From: a virus | Length of the DNA stretch: 64,000 nt | Direction: 5' to 3' (one strand) | IMG/VR virus record: IMGVR_UViG_3300030102_007788 | Coordinates: 1-64,000 of that record | In this document: one piece after another, positions 48,636-56,909 of the stretch | Layout: each line of letters starts with the position of its first letter | How positions within the stretch are numbered: the stretch's first letter is position 1 | The notes under the pieces: model-generated | The model's input: the letters and a program-made list of their open reading frames with translations, nothing else | Databases searched by the model: none | Told to the model about the DNA's origin: nothing | Program-made: the position numbers and the translations under genes

Positions 48636-51055
48636 GCCTCACATGCTTCAGGGTTGGCGATAGAACAAGCTATTTGTTCTTCTTCAGTATATTCTTTTTT
48701 AGTTGACTTTTCAACTTTGGAAGCACCTCGGTTGCGTAAATAATACGTAGTTTTCAAGCCTGCTTCCCACGCTGCCATATAAATGTCATTGAGATATTTT
48801 AGACTTGTCCCTTTGTTATAAAGGTTAAACGAAATACCTTGGTCAATCCACTTTTGTCTAGTGGCGTTACATTCAATTAATTTGAACATATCTCGATCAA
48901 AAGCAGTTTTATACTTCTCTTTATACTTTTCTGGGATATCTAGAAGGGTTACGTCTCCGTCCACTTCCTTAACAGCTTCCGCAAACTGAGGGTTCCAAAT
49001 ACCCTCTTTTTTCATGTCGTTGACGAATTGTTCGTTTGTGATGTAGAAGTTTCCGCTTTTGTTTTCGTAGACGAAGAGGACCGAGAAGTTCGGTTCGATG
49101 CTCTGCTCCACACCGTTGATATAACCAATAGTGGCAGTAGGAGCAATTGCCATAGTGTTGCTATTTCGGATTCCATATTTTGAAATACTCTCCCTTACTT
49201 CTGACCAATCCATTTTACCCCCCCGGGGGGTGCCTGAAGATTTTTTTCTAAAATCTAGTAATCGATTGTATGTGTCGATAGGTAATTCACCCTTATCCCA
49301 TAGAGATCCAGAGTAAGTTTTATAACTGCCTCTTTCTTGAGCAAGCTTACTAGAAGAAAGAATAGCGTGATAAGAAAAGAACTCGGTAAGTTCATCGACA
49401 TATTTTACGGCTTCATCTGAATCGTATTGTAAGTCAACGAGTTGCAATACATCATGAGTGGCCATCATGCCAAGACCAATTGGTCTATGTTGCATGTTTG
49501 CGTTTTCAGCTTCTTTTGTTGGATAGAAGTTTAAATCTATTACGTTATCAAGGAGGCGTATAGCTGTTTTAACTGTACTAGCTAATAAATCTTTGTTTAG
49601 CGCATATTTACCTGACTCGTCTTGAGATAGGTGATTTTTTAGATTAACGCTGCCTAGGTTGCAAACAGCGGTTTCTCCGATTTCTACTTTTTCTCCGTCT
49701 TTGTATTTAGATGGTTTTGTATGTAGTAATATTTCAGTGCATAGGTTGCTGGAGTGGACAGTCCCTTGATGCTGATTGCTATACCTTAAGTTAGATGGGT
49801 CTTTAAAAGTAATCCAAGGATGTGAGGTTTCAAATAAAACCTTTAACATTTTCTTCCAAAGTTCTTTAGCTTTTACCTTGCGAAAGTTCTTAAGTTCTCC
49901 CGCCTCGGCTTTATTAACCATCTGCTCGTAAACTGCGGTAAAACAATCCCCAAATGCTTCATGCAGGTCTCTTGAATCCGAAGGACAAAACATGTACCAG
50001 TCTTCATCAGTTTTAACTTTCTGCATAAATAGGTCAGGAACCCAAGAGGCTGTGTTCATGTCGTGACACCGTAGTCTTTCGTCGCCGGTATTTCTGCGAA
50101 GGTTGAGGAAATCCTCAAAATCGAGATGCCAAGGCTCCAGATAAGCGCAACCAGCGCCGGGCCTTTTACCTCCTTGATTTACCGCGACGAGTGTGTCGTT
50201 GAGGATTTTGAGCCATGGCACAAGACCTCCAGAAATCCCGTTTGTGCCTTTGATATAAGCCCCAGAAGCACGAAAATTAGTAACATCAAAGCCAAGACCT
50301 CCGGCGTACTTACTCTTTCTGGCCTCTTGCCAGACTCCTTCGAATATTCCGTCGATACTGTCATCGAATGTATTTAGGTAACATGAGCTTAATTGAGAGT
50401 GAGTAGTTCCACTATTAAAAAGAGTAGGAGTGGATGGAGTGTACAGCAAATTGCTAAACAGGTTATAGAATTCAATTGCTCGTTCTTCTTTGTTATCTTC
50501 ATTTAAGGCCAAGCCCATTGCTATCCGCATCCAGAAAGCTTGCGGGGACTCTATAATCTTATTATTATTGCGAATAAAGTATCTGTCGATTAAAATTTGT
50601 AATCCGAGGTATTTAAATTTCCTGTCTCTTTCTGGAACAAGGGCTTCTGATAATTTTTTTAAGTCGTAATCAAGCAGCCTTTCGTTTAAAATGTCGTTTT
50701 TTACAAGTTTTTTAACACCTTGGACAAAAGCTTTCTTATACTGAAGATCAAAAGTATCCGAATCTACACTTTCCCTGAAAACTTCTTTGTATAAAGCGTT
50801 AACAGCTAGAGCGGCAGCAGCGTTGCTGTAGTTAGGCTCTTTTTCTATCTTAGCTCGGGCCGACAAGATCAAAGCTTCATCAATCTCTTTGGTGGTAATT
50901 TTATCATAAAGTTGTAACTGTGCATCAAGAATAATCTCACTGGCAGAAACGTTATTTCCGTCTATCCCAGCGCAGGCCCTATAAACACATTTGTTTATTT
51001 TCTCTACGTCAAACTGCTCTAGTTTACCGTTTCTCTTTTTTACTTTTATTTCCAT
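48626..51055 (-). CDS. nrdA: Ribonucleotide reductase alpha subunit with N-terminal ATP cone
   Basis: VKKRNG...FD..KI ATP cone, PSTPTLFN, LSSC, SNLCTEI, CNLGS, AIAPTAT, TYYLR, C-terminal CEACQ. Confidence 0.97.
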   Translation of the reverse strand: MEIKVKKRNGKLEQFDVEKINKCVYRACAGIDGNNVSASEIILDAQLQLYDKITTKEIDEALILSARAKIEKEPNYSNAAAALAVNALYKEVFRESVDSDTFDLQYKKAFVQGVKKLVKNDILNERLLDYDLKKLSEALVPERDRKFKYLGLQILIDRYFIRNNNKIIESPQAFWMRIAMGLALNEDNKEERAIEFYNLFSNLLYTPSTPTLFNSGTTHSQLSSCYLNTFDDSIDGIFEGVWQEARKSKYAGGLGFDVTNFRASGAYIKGTNGISGGLVPWLKILNDTLVAVNQGGKRPGAGCAYLEPWHLDFEDFLNLRRNTGDERLRCHDMNTASWVPDLFMQKVKTDEDWYMFCPSDSRDLHEAFGDCFTAVYEQMVNKAEAGELKNFRKVKAKELWKKMLKVLFETSHPWITFKDPSNLRYSNQHQGTVHSSNLCTEILLHTKPSKYKDGEKVEIGETAVCNLGSVNLKNHLSQDESGKYALNKDLLASTVKTAIRLLDNVIDLNFYPTKEAENANMQHRPIGLGMMATHDVLQLVDLQYDSDEAVKYVDELTEFFSYHAILSSSKLAQERGSYKTYSGSLWDKGELPIDTYNRLLDFRKKSSGTPRGGKMDWSEVRESISKYGIRNSNTMAIAPTATIGYINGVEQSIEPNFSVLFVYENKSGNFYITNEQFVNDMKKEGIWNPQFAEAVKEVDGDVTLLDIPEKYKEKYKTAFDRDMFKLIECNATRQKWIDQGISFNLYNKGTSLKYLNDIYMAAWEAGLKTTYYLRNRGASKVEKSTKKEYTEEEQIACSIANPEACEACQ

Positions 51056-51099
51056 GTCGTTAGTAGAAAAAAATACACCTACAATCGAGGTGTTTTTTT

Positions 51100-51128
51100 A
51101 TGTTATGCCTTACAGGGAGAGTGGTCAA
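51100..51128 (-). promoter_or_regulatory. Sigma70-type promoter upstream of nrdA
   Basis: Minus strand TTGACC-N17-TAACAT. Confidence 0.6.
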
Positions 51129-51129
51129 G

Positions 51130-51297
51130 TCATTTTTCGACGATTTCCAGTTTTTCTTTGACCTTTTTCTGCATGGCAGTTAAATATTTTTTTGCTTGCT
51201 GTAATCCTTCATCAGTGTGTGGGAATGCCCCATACGACCATTTTCTTTCTATAGATTCGATTAAATAATATTTTTTATTTTTTTTGTTTCTTGGCAT
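51130..51297 (-). CDS. Small basic hypothetical protein (55 aa, below the ORF-track cutoff)
   Basis: Read by hand as MPRNKKNKKYYLIESIERKWSYGAFPHTDEGLQQAKKYLTAMQKKVKEKLEIVEK*; fills the gap before the nrdA promoter. Confidence 0.6.
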   Translation of the reverse strand: MPRNKKNKKYYLIESIERKWSYGAFPHTDEGLQQAKKYLTAMQKKVKEKLEIVEK

Positions 51298-51604
51298 ACT
51301 TTTTAACGAAGTTTACAATTCTTAATTCCAGTTCCATTAAATTTTTTTCAAGAATATCTAGCTGGTTATTCTCGAATTCAATCCTATTCATCAAGGAGCG
51401 CATCTCTTTTGAGTATTGCGCGTACTTTGATTCAGCCTCTTCTGTTGGGAGGTAAGAGGCCTCTGCCTCTAACTCGTCCATTTTGGCAAAAAGTTTGTTA
51501 GCCTCATCTTCCCAAAAACCGATACTATCACAGCAAAGATTAGCAGATTCTAAAAGATCTTTCTTTTTGTCTGAAAGAAGCTGTACTTGTTGTTCAAATT
51601 TCAT
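51275..51604 (-). CDS. Hypothetical coiled-coil protein
   Basis: 109 aa, operonic. Confidence 0.6.
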   Translation of the reverse strand: MKFEQQVQLLSDKKKDLLESANLCCDSIGFWEDEANKLFAKMDELEAEASYLPTEEAESKYAQYSKEMRSLMNRIEFENNQLDILEKNLMELELRIVNFVKKYAKKQKK

Positions 51605-51782
51605 TAAGTAGAGTCTTTCTGATTAATTTAAGTTTTGAGGTCATAAAACCTTCGCCGGTGTTTTGGGTGGGGTCTTCTTCTTTTTTTGTAAAATCTTCAG
51701 ACTGAGAGAACTCTATGAGTTGTTCTATTAGCTGTATCACTTGGTCGTGGGCAGCTTGAGTTATGATAACATCGTTAGTCAT
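51594..51782 (-). CDS. Hypothetical protein (62 aa)
   Basis: Directly downstream of a sigma70-type promoter. Confidence 0.6.
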   Translation of the reverse strand: MTNDVIITQAAHDQVIQLIEQLIEFSQSEDFTKKEEDPTQNTGEGFMTSKLKLIRKTLLNEI

Positions 51783-51790
51783 TTAAAAAA

Positions 51791-51819
51791 ATTTTATTTT
51801 ATAGAAGACGGAAAGTCAA
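51791..51819 (-). promoter_or_regulatory. Sigma70-type promoter
   Basis: Minus strand TTGACT-N17-TAAAAT; a GTGTAA motif lies just upstream (51826-51831). Confidence 0.7.
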
Positions 51820-51831
51820 ATACTATTACAC

Positions 51832-51856
51832 AAAAAAACCGGGCCGAAGCCCGGTT
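51832..51856 (-). terminator. Intrinsic terminator after Hsp20
   Basis: Minus strand AACCGGGC-TTCG-GCCCGGTT-TTTTT (cUUCGg tetraloop). Confidence 0.92.
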
Positions 51857-51862
51857 GTCCCG

Positions 51863-52231
51863 CTATGTTATTTGGATTTCCTTGGGTTTGTGCTTTTCTT
51901 TTCTTTTAAGGGTTATAGTGAGGATACCTTTGTCCAGTTTTGCCTCTACTGAAGACGTGTCTGCTTTCTCTGGTACTCTGTAGGTTTCTCCAAACTTAAC
52001 TTCCTTCCCCCGCCTTTTGGTTTTTCCTTGCAAGTTGAGGTGTCCGGTATTGTCAATTTTGATGCTGACATCTTTCTTATCAAAACCGGGCATTTCTACC
52101 TCGAACACATAATCTCCGTCCTCTTCAAAAAAATAATTGTTTTCTTCGTGGAAGGCTCTTTCGATGTCGGTGAATAACGGCGTTGCGAAATCGAGCAAGC
52201 CCCTGCTAAAAGATGTACTTGGCGTATACAT
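51863..52231 (-). CDS. Small heat shock protein (Hsp20/alpha-crystallin)
   Basis: EVEMPGFDKKDVSI, P..ADTS.VEAKL.KGILTITL, PKEI.I. Confidence 0.93.
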   Translation of the reverse strand: MYTPSTSFSRGLLDFATPLFTDIERAFHEENNYFFEEDGDYVFEVEMPGFDKKDVSIKIDNTGHLNLQGKTKRRGKEVKFGETYRVPEKADTSSVEAKLDKGILTITLKRKEKHKPKEIQIT

Positions 52232-52237
52232 ACGATT

Positions 52238-52260
52238 TATTATAGCAGCGGGTGTGCCAA
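52238..52260 (-). promoter_or_regulatory. Sigma54-type (-24/-12) promoter overlapping an extended -10, upstream of Hsp20
   Basis: Minus strand TTGGCACACCCGCTGCTATAAT has GG-N10-GC spacing with TGGCAC, and also TGnTATAAT. Confidence 0.6.
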
Positions 52261-52336
52261 CTTGGCATGGCGCTGTTTTTCCTAGGAAAAATGAAGGTTT
52301 TAATTTTTAGGTGTGGAACAACTGAGACATTTTGAA

Positions 52337-52579
52337 TCAAGGTGTCTCATAAGATAGGGACCTTATGTCATACATGGAAACAACTTCGGTTTCAAGAGGG
52401 TTTTCGAATTTAGAAATTTCAAAGTATTCTTCGTCAATGACTCTCTCTACTTTTCCTTTCCATTTTGATCCGTCTTTGGCGCGGACAACAAGAACTTGAT
52501 CCCCCACCATTTTTGAGTTGTAAGACATTAAGTCTTTTTTTGAATTGTTAGTGTCCATTTTATCTACCGGAACTGCCAA
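52337..52579 (-). CDS. Hypothetical protein (small beta-barrel-like)
   Basis: Follows dut; the true start may be the second Met (MDTNN). Confidence 0.55.
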   Translation of the reverse strand: MAVPVDKMDTNNSKKDLMSYNSKMVGDQVLVVRAKDGSKWKGKVERVIDEEYFEISKFENPLETEVVSMYDIRSLSYETP

Positions 52580-53033
52580 ATCCGCCTTCGCCTCTTTGGC
52601 TATTTTCTAATGTTTTCATTTCAATCCATTCTGGCGTGTGGCAACTTTCAATTATGAGTTGAGCCACTCTATCGCCGGGTTTTACGTCAAACTTGTTAGC
52701 TGAACCGAACATAGACTCGTAAACACTCGGCTTTAAATTATAGCCTTCAAAGTTTAGGTTTATCAATAAAATTTTTATTTCACCCCGATAACCTGAATCC
52801 ACGACCCCAGCCATGACATCTATTCCTCTTTTTACAGCCAGTCCACTTCTAGGGGCAATCCGTCCATAAAAACCTTCAGGAATTTCTACGCTAATTCCTG
52901 TCGAAATTAATGTTCTTTGGCCCGGCTCCAAAGTGGCGTACTCTGTTGAAAAAAGGTCAAACCCGGCATCAGAAGTGTTAGCTCGGTAGGGAGCTAAGGC
53001 TTCTTTGTTTATTTTTTTATAATTTATTTTCAT
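52560..53033 (-). CDS. dut: dUTPase (trimeric)
   Basis: AGFDL, PRSGLA, GVVDSGYRGEI, GDRVAQL, RGEGGFGSSG (motifs I-V). Confidence 0.97.
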   Translation of the reverse strand: MKINYKKINKEALAPYRANTSDAGFDLFSTEYATLEPGQRTLISTGISVEIPEGFYGRIAPRSGLAVKRGIDVMAGVVDSGYRGEIKILLINLNFEGYNLKPSVYESMFGSANKFDVKPGDRVAQLIIESCHTPEWIEMKTLENSQRGEGGFGSSGR

Positions 53034-53434
53034 AGTTTAACGCAGTCAATTCCGTAAAAATCAAAAATGTTTAACGCCGCGACATCTCTATCATAAACTT
53101 CTTCATAGACGACTTTTTTAACACCGTATGCTGCTATCATAGTAGCACATGAGGAGCATGGAAGTAGCGTGCATGCAAGGAGATTTACTTCCCCTCTTTT
53201 GACTAAACTCAAGCAGTTAACCTCAGCATGAATCATATAGGGTCTGCGGTGGTTTCGGTTCCGAAAAAATTGATACGAGACATCTTTTCCCGGAGCTAAA
53301 CCGTTGTAGCCAACTGCAACTATCATATTTTTGCTGTTAAGAGCACAGGCTCCGACTTTTTTGTAGATGTCCTCACTCCTTTGCGCAGCGGTCCTAGCAA
53401 TATCTAACGCGTATTTTTCCCAAGAAACTCTCAT
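53030..53434 (-). CDS. dCMP deaminase
   Basis: KVGAC, GYNG, HAEVN, PCSSC zinc-binding motifs. Confidence 0.92.
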   Translation of the reverse strand: MRVSWEKYALDIARTAAQRSEDIYKKVGACALNSKNMIVAVGYNGLAPGKDVSYQFFRNRNHRRPYMIHAEVNCLSLVKRGEVNLLACTLLPCSSCATMIAAYGVKKVVYEEVYDRDVAALNIFDFYGIDCVKL

Positions 53435-53453
53435 AATCTTCCTTAAAAATCAC

Positions 53454-53524
53454 AACCTAAATCAAACAGGTTGCCAAATCAAGAAAAAAAAGTTGTTGAC
53501 TTCCCTGCCTGAGTCAATTACAGC
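53454..53524. promoter_or_regulatory. Divergent sigma70-like promoters
   Basis: Minus strand TTGATT-N17-TAGGTT (53454-53482); plus strand A-tract then TTGACT (53496-53501) with a weak -10 (TACAGC). Confidence 0.45.
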
Positions 53525-53815
53525 TTGCTCACGTAGCACTTCCGTCTTGCTACGGTAAAAGGTAGGCGGATCCGCAATCTATGTGTCCGGCTCTGCTGTG
53601 GAGACTTGCAACCGGAGGAACTAACTGGCGTGAAAAGGGCGCTTCGTTAGGCGAGTAGTATAGGCGATGTCATATGGGTGGAAACTACCACGCACCCAAA
53701 AAAGGCTAGCCGGGGAGAATTCTCAGGGAAAAGTAAAAAGATTGCCGATGTTCTGGAATAGCCGCCAAAACGGGGAAAGTCTCCGTTTCACTTCGACTTT
53801 CTAGGGAAAAGTTTT
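53525..53815 (+). ncRNA. Candidate structured non-coding RNA or replication-origin element (unassigned)
   Basis: ORF-free, GC-rich island with several stem-loops and palindromes in an otherwise gene-dense, AT-rich genome. No known family was recognised. Confidence 0.45.
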
Positions 53816-53857
53816 ATATATATTTATTTATTTAACTATAGTTAACTTTAATTAAAC

Positions 53858-54454
53858 ATGGATTTTAATTACAAAAATATAGGTATATCCGGGGTCGCAG
53901 GATCCGGCAAAAATACTCTAGCTGAAATACTGGGGCTGTTTTTTTCTAGATTACAGTTGCCGATTAAAGAGCTTTCAATTGCAAGGAACTTAAAGCAGGA
54001 GATAAGCCCCGTCTGTAAGAGTCTTTATTCTATTGATTCTCTTAATTGCTCCAGAGAGGAGAAAAATTTAATCAGACCTATGCTGGTTGCTCACGGAGAA
54101 ATAAAAAGAAAAATGACAGAGGGTACTCATTGGACCTCATTACTGGAGAAAGATTTAGAAAAAGATAAAATAAATATTATTACCGACATAAGATACGCTG
54201 AATATCCCGAGGATGAATATTTTTGGCTTACAAAAAAAGCAAACGGCGTATTGATTCACGTTTCAAGGTACGACGAAATCGATGGAGAAAGACATTTCAT
54301 AAAACCTGCAAATCCGTCTGAGGAGAAAAACGACCATCGAGTAAAAAAATTATCAGATTTTTCCTTAAATTGGAAAACTGAAAAGAATTATGGAGATATG
54401 ATCTTTAACTGCCGAAAATTACTCAAGTGGCTTAAAAAAATATATGTCGAATGA
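53858..54454 (+). CDS. Deoxynucleoside monophosphate kinase-like protein
   Basis: P-loop GISGVAGSGKNT, A..LKQ, R.....G...R, IITDIRY. Confidence 0.82.
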   Translation: MDFNYKNIGISGVAGSGKNTLAEILGLFFSRLQLPIKELSIARNLKQEISPVCKSLYSIDSLNCSREEKNLIRPMLVAHGEIKRKMTEGTHWTSLLEKDLEKDKINIITDIRYAEYPEDEYFWLTKKANGVLIHVSRYDEIDGERHFIKPANPSEEKNDHRVKKLSDFSLNWKTEKNYGDMIFNCRKLLKWLKKIYVE

Positions 54455-54884
54455 TACCGTAGAGGATAGTTTATGCCAACCTATCGTAGCTTATTGCGGT
54501 AGAAATGCTAGTATAAATTTTTCCCCTGAAAATGCCAATAAAGCTTTAGGTTTTTCTTTCGACAATCACTACGCTTTATTCAATTATGAGATTCGAATAG
54601 TAAGATTCAACGGTAAAGATGTAAAAGCAACAGAAAATAATGAGAATTATTATCTAGTAGAAATTTTCATATGCTCAGATGACTTGAATGATGATTCTTT
54701 TTGCGATTCTTATATTTTCAGAGAAGAAAATTTAGAAGATTTAATTGAGTATGTTATAATATTGCCACGTCTCTTTAAAAGACACCATCGTTATGTTCTT
54801 GCCATGGAGAGAGATGACGTGTGTTTTTTTAAAGATTTCGGGTATAAGGTTGACTTATGGAAACAGGCTGCTGGGATAATATAA
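54444..54884 (+). CDS. Hypothetical protein
   Basis: Operonic, overlaps both neighbours. Confidence 0.55.
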   Translation: MSNDTVEDSLCQPIVAYCGRNASINFSPENANKALGFSFDNHYALFNYEIRIVRFNGKDVKATENNENYYLVEIFICSDDLNDDSFCDSYIFREENLEDLIEYVIILPRLFKRHHRYVLAMERDDVCFFKDFGYKVDLWKQAAGII

Positions 54885-55456
54885 CGGATAATTGTCTAGT
54901 AAATAATGTAAAAAATAGCAATTGTGAGGAAAGCTTACTAGAACTGTCAAACAGGCATACTGGACTTTGCTTCAAAATAATGAAAAAATACGCAAAGACT
55001 TTTTGCGCCAATGATATCTGCATCCAAGAAAAACACGCTGAAAAAAATTTAATTATTTGGAATTCAGCAAAGACTTTTAACACTGAAAAAAATGTAAAAT
55101 TTTCTACTTGGCTAGCCAATCAAGTTAAATACAGCTGCCTTAATGAAATTAACAAAAAGTCTAAAGACAGACTAGTAACGCTTGAAGATGAGATGCTGGA
55201 CGTGTTAAAAGATCCACCAGAAGAAGAGGATTCTGGTATCTTTGAGTATACTAATAATATTTTAAAGCAACTTCGAGATAACAGGATTCAAAACATCTTC
55301 TCAATGAGGTATTCGAAAGAGGTTAAAAAGCCTTCATGGTCTCTAATTGCAAAAAGACTTGATATCAGCACTCAAACAGCTATAAACCTACATAATAGAG
55401 GCTTGGAAATTTTAAGAAAAAAAATCAAAAGTAATAAATTTTTAGACAATGTTTAA
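54857..55456 (+). CDS. Phage-encoded sigma70-family sigma factor (regions 2 and 4)
   Basis: SAKTFN.EKNVKFSTWL..QVK...LN (region 2) and IF.MRY...SW..IAKRLDIS.QT...LH.RGL..LR (region 4 HTH). Confidence 0.85.
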   Translation: METGCWDNITDNCLVNNVKNSNCEESLLELSNRHTGLCFKIMKKYAKTFCANDICIQEKHAEKNLIIWNSAKTFNTEKNVKFSTWLANQVKYSCLNEINKKSKDRLVTLEDEMLDVLKDPPEEEDSGIFEYTNNILKQLRDNRIQNIFSMRYSKEVKKPSWSLIAKRLDISTQTAINLHNRGLEILRKKIKSNKFLDNV

Positions 55457-55464
55457 AAAAAGTG

Positions 55465-55493
55465 TTGACACCCCTGCCAGAGGGGTATAATAT
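55465..55493 (+). promoter_or_regulatory. Sigma70-type promoter
   Basis: A-tract, then TTGACA-N17-TAATAT (TATAAT also present at N15). Confidence 0.75.
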
Positions 55494-55503
55494 ACAGACT
55501 CTT

Positions 55504-55803
55504 ATGTCTACCGAACAAAAGAACAACGACTGGAAAGAGCGTGAATTAGGCGCTCTTTGGGCAAAGAAAAGCAACAACGGTTCTCAGTACATGACTGGCC
55601 ATATTGAAGTTAAAGGGGCATCTGGAAAGGTGCAGCTCGTAGTCTTCAAAAATAAAGGCAAGTACAATGACGACGGAACTGTTAAAAGCGAGAACGCTCC
55701 CGATCTTCGCATCTATCTTAGTGAACCACGCGAGGAGCGCTCTAATAAAGCCGAGACCACGGCTGCGACTACAAACCAATCCAATAACGACCCATTGTTT
55801 TAA
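55504..55803 (+). CDS. DUF736-like putative ssDNA-binding protein; start re-assigned to ATG 55504
   Basis: ELGALW.K....G..YMTG.I...VVFKN..K....PD.RIY, with a flexible tail ending DPLF like an SSB tip. The ORF-track start lies inside the promoter. Confidence 0.7.
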   Translation: MSTEQKNNDWKERELGALWAKKSNNGSQYMTGHIEVKGASGKVQLVVFKNKGKYNDDGTVKSENAPDLRIYLSEPREERSNKAETTAATTNQSNNDPLF

Positions 55804-56909
55804 TGTCGGACATAGCCTTACATCTTCCAATTAACGGTGTAAGCTTTGGTCAGGTTAGCACTGCCCTTCTGCGTGAATATTACCAGAAGGGCGTGCAACC
55901 TTTTATTTTTACAATAGGCCAAGTTGACCTCAACTCACAAGAAGCGGACAAGGATTTCACCAAGTGGATAGAGTCCTGCATTAAAAAGTCCTTCGAAGAG
56001 TACAAAAGGTCTACGCCTATCTTAAAGCTGTGGCATTTAAACCATGAAAGTTTATCGTCTTACAGCAAAAGTCAGACTCTTTTTACTTTTTATGAATTAG
56101 ATCACCCTACGACATATGAAGTAAATATTGCTAAAAATCAGTCCAATATAATCGTAAGTAGCACTCACGCTAAACAAATTTTTGAGGCAGTCGGTTTAAC
56201 TAACTGCCACTACGTTCCTTTGGGTTTTGATAAAAACAATTTCAAAGTAAAAGATCAGCAATACCTTGAGGGTAAAATTGTCTTTAATCTTACTGGTAAG
56301 TTAGAAAAAAGAAAGCACCACAAAGAGGTAATTCAAGCTTGGGTTAAAAAGTACGGCAATAATAAAGACTACGTTTTGCAGTGCGCTATTACAAACCCCT
56401 TCATGAAAGAAGAGGATTTCAAGAGTAGGCTTTCCCATATACTTGACGGCAAAAGTTATTTTAATCTTAACTTTTTAGGGAGTATGCAGAAAAATGTTCT
56501 GTACAATGATTTTCTAAACTCCTCTAACATTGTTATAGGCATGTCGGGGGGAGAGGGCTGGGGCTTACCAGAGTTTCAATCTACTGCCCTTGGAAAACAT
56601 GCGGTTATACTTGATGCGCCGGGTTACCAAGAGTGGGCGAATGAAAAAAATGCTGTCATGATAAAGCCTGATGGAAAAGAAGAAGCTGCCGACGGTATAT
56701 TTTTTAATAAAGGTGGAGCTTTTAATCAGGGGAGTATATTTACCTTTAATGAAGATGAATTCATCGCTGGCTGCGAGCAGGCTGTAGAAAGATACAAGTC
56801 TTCTCCCGTAAACACCGAGGGGTTAAAACTGCAAGATGAGTTCACTTACGAAAAGACAGTCAAAAGTATCACGGACATCATGCAATCACAAGGAGAAATA
56901 AATGCCTGA
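55803..56909 (+). CDS. Glycosyltransferase (GT-B, GT4-like)
   Basis: VPLGFD, GKLEKRK, GEGWGLPEFQS.ALGK. Confidence 0.85.
   Translation: MSDIALHLPINGVSFGQVSTALLREYYQKGVQPFIFTIGQVDLNSQEADKDFTKWIESCIKKSFEEYKRSTPILKLWHLNHESLSSYSKSQTLFTFYELDHPTTYEVNIAKNQSNIIVSSTHAKQIFEAVGLTNCHYVPLGFDKNNFKVKDQQYLEGKIVFNLTGKLEKRKHHKEVIQAWVKKYGNNKDYVLQCAITNPFMKEEDFKSRLSHILDGKSYFNLNFLGSMQKNVLYNDFLNSSNIVIGMSGGEGWGLPEFQSTALGKHAVILDAPGYQEWANEKNAVMIKPDGKEEAADGIFFNKGGAFNQGSIFTFNEDEFIAGCEQAVERYKSSPVNTEGLKLQDEFTYEKTVKSITDIMQSQGEINA

Noticed and set aside
48626-51055. Intein or intron in nrdA
   Set aside because: The ORF is continuous at a normal length (809 aa) with no intein motifs.
53525-53815. tRNA, tmRNA, RNase P RNA, group I/II intron or CRISPR array
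   Set aside because: No cloverleaf or T-loop, no GAGGAAAGUCC, no intron catalytic core or interrupted gene, and no regularly spaced repeats.
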